Shown here piece after piece: positions 1 to 11,115 of a DNA stretch of 64,000 nt. The stretch covers positions 4,375,741 to 4,439,740 of the forward strand of contig MU058636.1 in NCBI GenBank assembly GCA_013265495.1, read 5' to 3'. Source of the stretch: Vicugna vicugna. Taxonomy: Eukaryota. Position numbers and translations under genes: made by a program. Numbering within the stretch: position 1 is the stretch's first letter; every line of letters begins with the position of its first letter. The notes below the pieces were generated by a model, which saw nothing but the letters and a program-made list of their open reading frames with translations, was not told where the DNA came from and ran no database searches.

Positions 1-489
1 CATGCTGCTGCTTAAAAAGCTTTCTTAGCTCAAGAGTTCTTTGCACTTCTGTGGAAGTTTCTTCACAACTTGAAAGGCTGGTAATGTCAACCCCTTGAGT
101 GCAACCCCTCACCTCTCCACCTTCAGAGGAGAGAACGCAAGAAAGCCCTTTGTGTACCAAAAAGGTAGCAACAAAGGCCAGCTAATGATACCACTGTGCC
201 CCTATGGCGTAATGAAACTGGGCTTAGACTAATTAAGACCATTCACCAAAATCACACACTACACCAGGGATAAGAACGATCCAGAGGAATTCGAATTTTT
301 ACTTCCTGATTAGCCTGCCCCTCTTGAACTGAGCTTGAATCCACAGTGATATTTTGTCCTGTAACTGTCCAGCTTCACTTCCTGCCACACCTCCCACACT
401 GGGCCACACCAGCCATTGCTAAAACGCAACTCCAGCCCCTCCGTGACTGTGCTAAGTAAGGTCCTTCCTTAAGGTCCTTTAGACCCTAA

Positions 490-657
490 ACCTGGCACTG
501 TCTTACCTCCTTGTAGTAACACTTACCTTGTTGTATTATAACGCTTGCCCCTCAACACCCTGGCAACTCTTTGGAAACAGAGCTCGTGTATTATTAATCT
601 TTGTACCCTTGTCAGAGTACCTGGTAAAGATAGGCATGGTTTATTGAATGAATGAAG
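490..657 (+). mobile_element. L2 LINE 3' end remnant
   Basis: Degenerate L2 3' terminus (...atctttgtaccc...cctggtaaagatagg...ttattgaatgaatgaa); boundaries approximate. Confidence 0.6.
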
Positions 658-770
658 GTGTGCATGCATACATACAAACCATAATTTCTGACCACAAAGA
701 ACAGAATTGTGACATACTCCACCTATGTGCTTGTGTGTGTTTCCTCAAAGCATTGTCACTCTGGATATAG

Positions 771-1428
771 TTTTATAACAGTTTTATTAAAATATAATTT
801 ACATACAGGTATCCTCAGCTTTTCAAAAGTTTACTGTATACCACTCGATTTTACGAAAAACCTACATTAGTTACCATTTTCCCTAAACGAAAGAAATCTA
901 AAGAGGGTTTTTGCTTTTATGTAAAAGGCAAAAAGCAAAAATAGGATTCAGCATTTGATTTGCAGGGAGCCCTTAAAAAGGCAGCACAAATCGGGGCAAG
1001 GAGAGTAGCCCCGCCAAGCTCCTCCCTGGGGAACTACACTCAGCATCTCAGCAACAATCTGCCATAGCTTTGGACTGTGTCTGTGGGCATCTGTGCTTTA
1101 AAATCTCCATTTATTTTGTTTGTTCCTTAGCAAGATGTATCCTATGGTAATTGCTTCTGTGCTTTATGCCATTGTGACTTATGAAGGGTTTCATAGAACA
1201 CTCTACTTCACATAGCGAGGGAAACCTGTACCACAAAGTTGCCTCAAAATGTACAATTCAGCGGTTTTTTTTTAGTATATTCAGAATTGTGCATCCATCA
1301 CCACTAGCAAATTGAGGAACAGTCTCATCACCCCCAAAAGAAACCCCTACATCTTAGCAGTCACTCAGCATCCCCCCACATCCCCACCCCCTAGCAACCA
1401 CTAATCTACTTTCTGTCGCTACAGATTC
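771..1428 (-). mobile_element. Old L1 (L1MB-like) 3' end, split by the DNA transposon at 806-1228
   Basis: Antisense L1MB 3'-UTR motifs (gttttattaaaatataatttacata|ccacaaa...tgtacaattcag...tcatcacccccaaaagaaaccc...caaccactaatctactttctgtc) rejoin when 806-1230 is removed. Confidence 0.8.
806..1228. mobile_element. Non-autonomous TcMar-Tigger DNA transposon (MITE, 423 bp)
   Basis: TA target duplication (804-805, 1229-1230); imperfect terminal inverted repeats CAGGTATCCTCAGC...GCGAGGGAAACCTG. Confidence 0.85.
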
Positions 1429-2242
1429 TTAATTAATTTTTTTTGCTACACTGTGTATCTAGCTTCAATTAGAACGCATCTCTTTGCATGACTGAGAAAT
1501 AAAAGCTGAAGCAGCTTTAATTCAGTAACAAAGTACAGAATCAATTTCCTTGCTTTGTGACCTTGGACAGGTTGTCGAACTGGGTTGTTTCCTCATAAAA
1601 TGAGTAAGTTTTGGGCAGTGTGTGAGGGCACCTTCAGATTAAAAAAAAAAAACCAGCAAAAACAAAACCAAAAAACCCTTCTAGCTGTAATTCCAGTACT
1701 CCACCCTAGGTAGCCCTTTCTCGGCTTCCCTAACAGATGTCTTTATATTATTAAGATTTCACACGAGAACTGCAGCAGTGGCTGCCTTCCCCGCGAAGGG
1801 TCCTAGAGAAAACGTTTTCTCTTGTTCTGTTCCTCTTGGTCGTCTGTTTCTGGGCGGGCCAAGGAGAAACTGCAGAGCCCAGGAGCGGAGTCTCCGCGCG
1901 CGGTACCCGCAGGAAGCCTCGCCCAGCGAGGGACCCCACCCTCCGCGGCGCCCCTGGAGGGAGCCGGCCACGGCGCGCGCCACCAGCGCGGGAGGGGCGC
2001 GGCGGCGGCGGGGGCGGAGCCAGCAGCTCCGCAGCCAATCCGGGCGGCGGCGCGTCCCGGGGGCCGCGGCTCGCCTGGCGCGCAGGGGGCGGGGCTCCGC
2101 TTGACAGTGGCGGTCGCCGGGCAGCGGAGCCCGGGCGCAGCGAACGGAGCGCAGCGCTGGGAGCGCGAGCGGCGCAGGCGGCGGCAGCAGCGGCGCCAGG
2201 TCCCCGCCGGCTCCCGCTCTCAGCGCAGCGGAGTAGCCTCCA

Positions 2243-2247
2243 GCGGC

Positions 2248-2277
<30 letters not shown>
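2243..2277 (+). repeat. GGC trinucleotide repeat: GCGGCGGT(GGC)9
   Basis: Nine uninterrupted GGC units at 2251-2277, read directly. Confidence 0.97.
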
Positions 2278-2278
<1 letters not shown>

Positions 2279-2286
2279 TCCAGGCG

Positions 2287-2331
2287 ATGCTGCGGGTCTC
2301 CTCAGGCGCCGGTGTCTTGACCTCTCCCTAA
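2287..2331 (+). other. Short upstream ORF MLRVSSGAGVLTSP* in the putative 5' UTR
   Basis: ATG 2287-2289 (GCG ATG C, purine at -3); TAA 2329-2331, two bases before the putative donor. Confidence 0.45.
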
Positions 2332-3628
2332 AGGTACCCAGCCGCGCTCGCCCCCTTGCCCCCGGCGTTGCAGCGCCGGGAAGTGGCTTTGTGAAGCTCT
2401 GGGCTCCAGCGGCCGGGCGGTGGGCTGGGGCGCGGGGTGGGTGGGGCTGGGCGGGGCTGCGCTGTCTGGGCCGCTTTCCCTGTGAGGAAGAGGGTGGGGA
2501 GTGAGGGAAGCCGGCTCGGGGAGGAGGGCTGTCTCCCGGCAGCAGCTGGCGGCACCCCCATCCTCCATCCTCCTGCCTCCATGTGGTTTGAAAGAGGTTT
2601 TGTTCCAGAAGAAAGTTTGATGCTGAGACCCGAGGGTCCCCGAGGCCCGCCCCTTTAGAGAGAGGCAGGTCACCCTTGCCGGGGACGTCCGTGACCTGAA
2701 TATGGGCATGCAGGAACCCATGCCACTTTCCGACCCGAGCGGCATTCCTGACGCAGGCTCTTGCCTGAGGAAGTTCCTCCCTGGGAATCCCCCTTGGGGA
2801 GAGGACTCTCCGGAGACAGGGCATCTAAAGCCCCCATATTGTGACTTTTGCAGCAGGTACTCAACGTCCCCGCGCGCTCTCCCCCTAGAATGGACGCTAC
2901 CAAAATCTATGCCCTAAGGGCTGCAAAAATTTAAGTCTGCCTTACCTTCTGATTAAAGATCCCTAAACAACGTGTCCAAGGTGCCAGTGACTACTTCTGA
3001 CAAATCTTGAATATTTTCTTAATGCCGCATGCTTGCAGTTGGCTTTCCGTGAGTGCTGGGACGGGGCTGAGAAGCACGTGAAAGGTAATAGAAGTTATGG
3101 CCCAGCTCTTTAGGGTCAGAGGTGGGGAGAGAAGAATATAGGACACATATACCTACTTGAAAACAGGAGAAAGTTTCAGCCTTCAGAACAAGATGGATTC
3201 GGGGATTATCTGCTTTACAAAATCTCCTCTAATGCAGAGAAATAGAATTCGCATTGAGTTTTACACAAGTTTTGTAGGAACACATCTATCATAAAGTGGC
3301 TCAGAGTCGAGGTAGTAGTGTGGACATCATATGGACTTGAAATTAACAGATCTCAACAAGTGAATGTTGAATTCTGTTAAATTCTAATCCACCTGATACT
3401 CTTCTGATCACACACGTGGATTCTCGCAGTTTATGTCTTTTTTACCAAGAATATTCATACATAAAACAACTTCTCAATACCAACTTTTGTACCCTGGAGA
3501 CACCCTTAGCCAAGAACATCTTTATGATTTCTGGACCGTATGATTTACCCCCACACCAGGTCACATTGCTTCTGTAAGAACATTTACATCACAAAGAGAA
3601 GGAAACCTCAACAGTCAATGGGGACACA

Positions 3629-3851
3629 ATATATTGAGCACACACTATGTGCCAGATACATTACTAGGTGTTTTATATATATTACAACTTCTAATTCTCA
3701 CAGTCACCCTGGTGAGGTAGTATTACTATTTGGGGGTTTAAAGAGTTTTACATCTTGTCAAGATTATATGTCAGATGATAGAGGTGGGATTTGAATCTGG
3801 GTGTGTTTGACCCTCTGCCCGTGCTCTTTTCCACCACACTATGCTGTCTCC
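3629..3851 (-). mobile_element. MIR SINE
   Basis: attgagcacacactatgtgccag...gggatttgaatctggg...ccacactatgctgt matches the reverse complement of the MIR consensus. Confidence 0.8.
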
Positions 3852-5335
3852 CAGCCCCTCTTGAGAGAGAGTTTCCTGTGTTATGATGTAGTAGGAAATC
3901 CAAATACGGCAACATACACTGCATCTCCTGGTCCTAGATCAGATCCCTTTATATAGTATCGTCTCCCTCTGGGGACCCAGCACTGAATGCCCATGCCAAG
4001 CAGGTATTCCCTTCACTAAAGGGTGTCATCAGGGACTCCACAGACTCCTCCCCGACACCCGCAGTCCCCAAGATGGAAATCAGATGGAAATCTCCAGACA
4101 TACAGACTTCTTGCTCTTCCAGATAACTTGGTTCCAGAAGACAGGTTACCAAGTGTTTCCCTCACTGGCACTTGAGGAGCAGTCTCTCCCTCTCGGCCAT
4201 TCAAGTCTATTTTACGTCTATTTTAAGCCTGCACATATACATACACCCCACCAGTTGGCAGCAACCCTGCAGAGTTCACACTGACACGCTTATCCTCCTG
4301 TACCAACTGTCAGAGAATTTCTAACACAGCCCAGCCTACTTAAAATGAAAGACCGACACAGATCACTGGGGAGCATGGTGTTCGTCCAGGGAATCTCTGG
4401 ATTCTCTACTAGTGACCAGAAAGGAAATTAACCTCTAGCCCTAGGAGCAGGCAAAGTCCACGTATGCAGCCTGTTGTCAGCACTAGTGAAGACATGCATT
4501 CACCATATAGAAATGCTTTTATCTGTTGTCTTCGTGATGGATGTGGCCACACACATATTTTGGATTTGATTAGTCACCTTCACGCTGAGGCAGTTGTCAC
4601 TTGGCTGAAGGGTATCAGAAACTAGTGTCACAGTTTTAACAGTAAGTTTTGAAGCTGTGCCTAAAAAATGTGTATATTATTATAATCTATAGCCACCGTT
4701 TTATCATTTTTCTTCCTAGTGGTGTGTGTGTATTCTCTCCCTTGGTACAGTCTTCAGCTCTCTCTGGTTCCAAAATGATTTGCAGTACCCAGGCTAAAAA
4801 GAAATAAATGCATTTTGAGCTGTGACCATATGCTGCTGGAAGCATGTCCCTGTAGTTGGCATCTTTCTCATGTTACTCTAGTGCTAAGAATCTGAAAGTC
4901 CCGTATGAATGCTTTGGGATCTCAAATGGGCTCTCCTGTCTAATTATTTCACTCCATCCCCTGTAGAAGTGGTAAGTAGGGTTTGAGTTTAGAATACAGC
5001 CCTGGCACCTCTCCTCTAATATCTCTAAACTGCCAGAAACTGGAGCAGCACTAATTAAAGTCGGGAAAGTAGAACATGAGGTCTGCTCATTGTCATTCTT
5101 GCACCAGCATGGAAAATGTACCAAAACATTTTGGGGGATAAAGACTAAAGCAGACTTCTTTAAATGACTGGGGATCTACAGAACTATACCAAGTCATCGA
5201 CATCGTAGAGTTTGCCTGAAGCTGGGTGTCTGCAAATACCTCAGTAACCTAAAACTGTCCAGTATCAGCAGACTTCCACTCTGCGTTCTAGCCCGTTTTT
5301 AGAACTTCTCATTAGCTAGCAATCTGTCTTTATTT

Positions 5336-6045
5336 CCACATTTCATCAAATCTAAAATATCATCAGCTGTAAGACATAGCATTATTTTTGTTATACGGGA
5401 AGAAAGAGAAAATACTGCCCACGAGATTATGACATGCCACTTTAACAGGGGTCATCCATGACACTGCGTGAATCTGTCACACTAGCCTCTCATTGCTTTC
5501 AAGGTTCCTCCGTCTCTTCTGTGGCTTTTGGTACTTTCCTCTGCTGGTGCCTTCAGTAGGTACCTTCAGAAGCATTGGTTATGGTGTGATAGGCAATGCT
5601 TTGCCTACATCTTAGTTACCAGCTAACACAGATTCATCTTCTGTGTTTTCCTTCAGTCTGGTGAAGCATTTGGATTTTGTGCTGCAAGGTAATGTGGAAT
5701 TGCCAAGGACAAATGCTTCCTTTAGTGATATAACATTTATGCCCCACTGCTCTGTTTGATTGGTGCATACACAGTAATATCTTCAAGTGCCAAATCATAG
5801 TGTAATCTTTTTGAAAGCCATTTAAATGGCGATTAAACAGAACATGTGTAGTGCCAACAATGCCTCTAACTTAGTAGATATGATAACAAAATGAATAGCT
5901 GTGACCAAGTTTATGCAAATACAGGGAAATGGCAGTTGTGACTATTGCCACGTTGTCATCAATTTTAAGATACCATCAGTATTAAGACACAGTCTGATTT
6001 CAGAGATATTAAAATGTGCGGGAAAATGAACCTTAATGAAATAAG
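5336..6045 (-). mobile_element. TcMar-Tc2 DNA transposon (Kanga2-like) carrying a decayed transposase N-terminus
   Basis: Both ends resemble the CCGTATTTCATCGATTCTAAG-type TIR; minus-strand translation gives KALPITP and LKAMRG*CDRF, a relic of the pogo/Tc2 CENP-B-type HTH region. Confidence 0.75.
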
Positions 6046-6134
6046 CTAATCTGTGCCCACTTAGTTCCCTGAACTCTTAACCTGCCTACCTTCTTGCATG
6101 TATTCGTTCATTCATATAGTCATTCATTTTGTTA

Positions 6135-6260
6135 AACTCCAAGCTCCAGTTGGGCAAGGATATTTTCTCTCTTGTTCTTTACCATATGCTGACCACTTAG
6201 GACAGTCACTGACACATGGTTAAGCTGCTCAGTAAATAACCTTAGAATAAATGAGTGAAT
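6135..6260 (+). mobile_element. L2 3' end remnant
   Basis: aagctccagttgggcaagga...gacacatgg...ctcagtaaata...gaataaatgagtgaat. Confidence 0.65.
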
Positions 6261-6792
6261 ATCCCCCTTGGAAGTCTTGGAGACGCATCAGGCAGCTCAC
6301 TACTCTCCTGACAGTTAGGAAACATATTCTTAAAATTATGACATTGACAGAAAGGCCAAACATAGAAAAGGAATACAGGCCAGCATCAAGTCCTTGATTT
6401 TATTTGCAAAGCCCAATCCGAAATATTTCATGGCATTGCAAAACTAGTTTCTGGTAGAAGAAATTCCAGTGTGGCTTTTATTGATCTTTGACCACTGAAG
6501 GAATTTATAACAACTTATATCTTCATTCTTTTGTATGATCCAAAATCGTTAATTGCTTGAATTTCATACTTAGTTCAATTTCATATATTTGTCCGATTAT
6601 AGATGTAGCATGTACCAGATGACAAATAGCCCTTCCTTCAGTAGGCTCCTCTGAAACAGCAACTTAGTGATGGTGAGCTTGTCTGGATATACACACACTC
6701 CTCCAAGAAAATATATATCTACTTAAAGTCCTTGTCTTATAGTGTGCTTTGTAACTCCCCAAAAAGGCCATCTTTACATTTTGGCATCTGAC

Positions 6793-6886
6793 AAAAAAAA
6801 AGAGAGACAAGCAAAACGCAAAACCAAAAAGCAAGGAAAAAGAAAAGAAAGAAAGGAAAAAGATAAGAAAGAAAGAAAAAAGAAAA
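6793..6886 (+). repeat. A/G-rich low-complexity tract
   Basis: A-rich sequence with AAAG-type units. Confidence 0.8.
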
Positions 6887-7542
6887 CCCTGATGGGCAAG
6901 ACAGACCTCCATCTGCCAGTGCCTCTGCTTCCTTATTGCTCCCTGGTGGTCAAGCAGAGTGCACTTCCAGGTCAAGGACAGGGAGCTGGATGAAGATGCC
7001 AGCAGAAGGAAAGGCAGAGGAGTTTACGTAGCCTCAAGCCCTGGAGCTGTCCTGAGGATCGAAGTCAGTTAGCATTGTCCATGGTCTATGAACACATCAT
7101 AGCTGGACCTGCAAAGACACACCTAGATTCCAGTCCAGGGAAATGCGGGACCTTTGACACATGTAATAAACAAAGGTCACTCGTGGGCTTCTAAGATTCG
7201 TTTAGTCTGCTTGTTCAGGGAGAGGGTAAGTGCCATGGGCAGAAAGTCATTCCTGCCTCCCCTACGTATGGGTGTAGCCAGGTGGCATGGGAGCGGTGCT
7301 GAGAGGGGACCTGCCAGATAGTCCACAGCCAGCTCTTTCACACAGAAAAAGTAATGATTAATTAAATCTTTGGGTTATATGCTAAAAGAACTTACATATA
7401 ATTACTTCTATTAAGTATTGTTAACATGGGCCAGACAAATGACAAAAACAAAGGCTTAAAACTTGTTTTTAGTGAACAAAAAGGGTAGAATTAAAAAAAC
7501 AAAACAATTATCTTAGCTGCCAGTTCTATGATTCTGTGATCG

Positions 7543-8259
7543 TGTGGGGTGCTAACAGTGGTACTCAGGATTTCTTTTTATCGGGTAAGGCAAGGCACAG
7601 ACTGTCATAAAGGAAGAAGTTGGTTATACTCACAGTCTCCTGTATTATGAGCCTCAAGGTATTATGCAAGCCACCTGGGGAAGCAGTGGGGACAGTCAGG
7701 CAGCAGCAGGAGCAGGGGAGGAGGGGGAGATGTGGAGGAGAGCCTTTATTGTGGTTTCCACTGGAAGAAACAGGATTGGCAAGGTTAGCAGGTTTGGAAC
7801 TAGCTAGTCTGAAGAATTTCAGAGGCTCTGGGACCTAGAGGAGCAGTTTTTCGTTCGCTGATGCCTGGCCCTGAGGTGATGGGGCAGGTGGAGAATGGCC
7901 CGGGGTATGAGAGCCAATAAAGCCATGGTTGGGAGTCTGGGCTCTGGATTGGTCGGTTTGCAGGCTTGCTGGAAGGTAAATTGTTTATCTCCAGGAATTG
8001 GCTCACCCTGGGGCAGCAGTCCCCTCCTCCAGGGTCCTCAAGACTCCAAGACGTCAAAACACGAGAATGCAGAAAATAAAAGGCCTTGCGGGGAGGGTAT
8101 AGCTCAAGTGGTAAAGCACACACTTAGCATGCGTGAGGTCCTGGGTTCGATCCCCAGTACCTCCTCTAAAAAATAAACAAATAAATAAACCTAATTACCT
8201 CCCCCCTCAACAAAAAATAAAATTAAAAAAAGAAAAGAAAAAAGGCCTGGTTAAATACA
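7543..8259 (-). mobile_element. ERVL-class solo LTR (MER76/MER74-like), interrupted near one end by a Vic-1 SINE
   Basis: Recalled motifs gagcctttattgtggtttcc, gctagtctgaagaatttcag, cctggccctgaggtgat; ends ...ggttaaataca; no TSD resolved. Confidence 0.65.
8090..8239 (+). mobile_element. Vic-1-type camelid tRNA-Ala-derived SINE
   Basis: tRNA head with A box TAGCTCAAGTGG (8100-8111), AGC anticodon-like loop, B box GGTTCGATCC (8144-8153); AAATAAA linker, cctaattacctcccccc, A-tail; TSD core AAAAGGCCT at 8078-8086 and 8240-8248. Confidence 0.92.
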
Positions 8260-9040
8260 TGGGGGGTTAAAAAAATAGTCAACTAATGAATTAGGCCCAG
8301 GTGCAGCCAAATGTGCAGAAGTGCCCAGCCCAGGAGCTGACACATGGTGCTCACCCAATAAACATTAATTAAATCTGAGTTGTGGTGCCAGATGGTCTGA
8401 CCGTGCTCACAGTCAGTCTTTGTTGGATACTGTGGTCAGGTGTGCAGTGTTCATCTTGAGAGAAAGAAAAAAGTGAGAAACTGTATACTACGTTGAGGAT
8501 CCCCAGATAAAAGAAGAACCACCCATCCAGGACAAAGAGGAGGCTTAAGTCTCTAAAAACATAAATGAACCCTTAAGCAAATACATCTTTAGCTTTATGA
8601 TCTTAAAATCCACAAGGTAATTATATGTTTAGGAACTCCTTGTTCACTGTGGATTTGGACTATCAGTAACAGACAGGAACCCTGAAAGTTATAGGCAACT
8701 TTGTAAAAGGTTGTTTCTCAGAGTAAAATTAAAGTTTGAAAGTGAATTATGTGTTGCAAATGGTGTGCCCAGGGATAGACTTCTACACGTGAGTTACTAA
8801 AAATAGCTTGAAACATATTTTTCTTCTCACCTGTCCTTCAGTATTGATAAGATGAGCCGAAGTCACATAGAAGAATGCTACTGGAGAGAGTTACATGAAG
8901 GCAATTAACAGGACCGGTGGTGCTGGCAAGTCTAGGCCTGGAATGTTTACAGTGTACCTGTTCTAACAAGTGTCTGCTTTGAGGACGCGGATGGAGGATG
9001 GCAATGGGACGGGTGGACCAGGGGTTAGACATTTCTCTCT

Positions 9041-9300
9041 AATTTTAATTGAAGTATAGTTGATTCACAATGTTATGTTAGTTTCTGGTGTACAGCATAG
9101 TGATTCAGTTTTATATATTCTTTTTCATACTGCTTTTCATTATAGGGTATTACAAGATACTGAATATAGTTCCCCATGCTACACATTAGGACCTTGTTAT
9201 TTATCTGTTTTTATATAGTAATTTGTATCTGCTAATCCCAAACTCCTAATTTATCCCTCCCCTACTCGCTTTCCCCTTTGGTAACCATAGTTCTCTGTGT
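9041..9300 (-). mobile_element. Cetartiodactyl-type L1 3' UTR fragment
   Basis: ttaattgaagtatagttgattcacaatgtt...gtacagcatagtgattcagtt...ctttcccctttggtaaccat. Confidence 0.85.
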
Positions 9301-10812
9301 CGAGGCATTACTGTCAGTGATGAATGGCAGGTGCTTGAGGGTCACAACTAAGAAAAGTAAATGCGTGTTCCTGCGCCCAGCCTTGTGACTTTCCTTTAAG
9401 TGGTTGGTTAATGATTATAACGTCTTCAAGATTCTATAACTTAGAATCCTGACCACTCACGTTAAGAAATAATACTGAAAACAAGCCAGAGGTCAGTCCA
9501 GTAATCTAAGAAGGGTAATTCCTTAGCAGTGAAAACTCTGAGCATGCCCTCTGCGTACAATTCCTTGTAGTTTGTGACTTTGCACACATCTCTCTTGCAT
9601 TCATGTAGGAGCTTATCTGAGTTGATGGAAATTGCCGAAATGTTTTCACTGCAGCACAGCTGCTCTCCCTTTGGGTTTCCAAGCTGACGTCATAACTCTA
9701 ATTAAAGTAGCAATAGTAGCCTAACCTGGCCAATGAGAGCATTGCTGCCTGGCTTATGGTGCTGACCTAGATTTGATGTTGGTCAGGACGGTCTTTGGAT
9801 TTATCCACACCACTGACACATGTCTCTTAACATTTTACAGTCCAGGATTTTATGGCCTTTTAACCTCTGATCCCCTCCGTGGATTAAGCCCATGTAAAAA
9901 GACAGTATTCGGTCAAATGAGATAATATGCAGAAACATTTGAATTGTCCAAAAAACAATGTAATGAACAATTGAATCAACCTACATTTTGCTTTCAGGTA
10001 TTTCTCAATGTCAATAATACTCATGAGTTTTTGCTTCCTGGAGCTCTTTCTTTCTGTTGATGCTTCTAAGTGAGACCCCAGATGGGTCCCAGAGGGTGAG
10101 GGAGAGGGAGAGGGCAGCCTTCCTGGAGCTGTTCTAGGTATTTATTTGCATTCTGTTTCAGCTTTAACCTTTATGCATTTGAATTGCTCTCTTTTGGGAG
10201 TAGAGTTGAGAGAGGCATACCTTGTTTATCTCTTCAGTCCTGGAGCCTAGAAAAGTACCTGAAAATAGTAGAGTGTAATAACTATTTGCTGAATTTAAAA
10301 ATATCATTTGACTGGTTGACACAGGAATTCCCATCCTTCTTCGGCTTAAAGATTCTTATTACTCATGAATAAAAACGTTTTCCTCACAAAATGCTTTCTA
10401 ATTTGATAGTTAAGTCACCTAGAATAAAGAATCTAAAATATCAAAACTGAAATTTTAACAAACAGAAGTCATGATGATAAACTTGCCTTAACAAGTTAAA
10501 AAATCTATTACAAATGACCGTTATTTAAAGTCTATGATGTTGGATCGAAAACTAGGCAAATGAAAAATAATAGTATAGAAATTACAGATTTTGATTTAGA
10601 TTATTCAGAACTTAATTTAACACACACAGATAAGCAATTCCACTTTTGAAGAAAGGATCAATTAATGAAACTTGCTAGAACAATAGAATAACAGTTTGAA
10701 GAGAAAACAGTAAGAAAAAAATAACTTACATTTTGATCATAAGCAAATATTGCAGTACATTTCCAATAAGCCATGGTGTTAAATGCTGTAGAAAAAATAA
10801 AAGAAATACCAT

Positions 10813-11086
10813 AATTATGGATACATGTCATTATACATTTGTCCAAACCCACAGAATGTACAACACTGAGAGTGAACTTTAATGTAAATGATGGACTTTG
10901 GGTGATTATGATGTGTCAGTTAGGTTTACTAGTTGTAACAGATGTACCACTCTGGTGGGGGGATGTTGATAATGAAGGAGGCTGTGCCTGTGTGGGGGAC
11001 AGAGGATAATGTGGGAAGTCTCTGTACCTTCCCCTCAATTTTGCTGTGAACCTAAAACTGCTGTAAAAAAAATAAAGTCCTAATAA
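10813..11086 (+). mobile_element. L1MC1/2-like 3' end
   Basis: ggatacatgtcattatacatttgtccaaacccacagaatgtacaac...gaacctaaaactgct...aataaagtc; degraded 14-bp TSD aaaagaaataccat (10799-10812) / aaaagaaaccccat (11087-11100). Confidence 0.88.
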
Positions 11087-11115
11087 AAAAGAAACCCCAT
11101 GCAGCTGTGTGCCTG

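Larger units (their letters stand above)
2100..2333 (+). other. Probable non-coding first exon (5' UTR); TSS approximate; candidate donor AAG|GTACCC after 2333
   Basis: Lies just downstream of the CCAAT/GC boxes and contains the GGC repeat. AAG|GTA donor is followed by G-run-rich sequence typical of intron 5' ends; positions +4 to +6 of the donor are non-consensus. Confidence 0.55.
1850..2900 (+). promoter_or_regulatory. CpG island promoter of a + strand gene (unidentified)
   Basis: Very high GC and CpG density relative to the flanks; AGCCAATC (CCAAT 2035-2039); GC boxes GGGGCGGAG 2011-2019 and GGGGCGGGGC 2086-2095; ETS-like GGAAG sites; no TATA box seen. Confidence 0.9.

Noticed and set aside
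2100..2333. Assigning a gene symbol from the first-exon sequence
   Set aside because: I could not confidently recognise the 5' UTR, and no coding exon is in the window
1751..2917. Long ORFs on both strands over the CpG island (357, 222, 169, 147 aa)
   Set aside because: Low-complexity Arg/Pro/Gly/Ala translations expected from stop-poor GC-rich DNA; no recognisable domain
8090..8165. tRNA-Ala(AGC) gene (also at 16457 and 50619)
   Set aside because: Each is followed by the same SINE linker and A tail, has a disrupted cloverleaf, and two have TSDs; these are SINE heads
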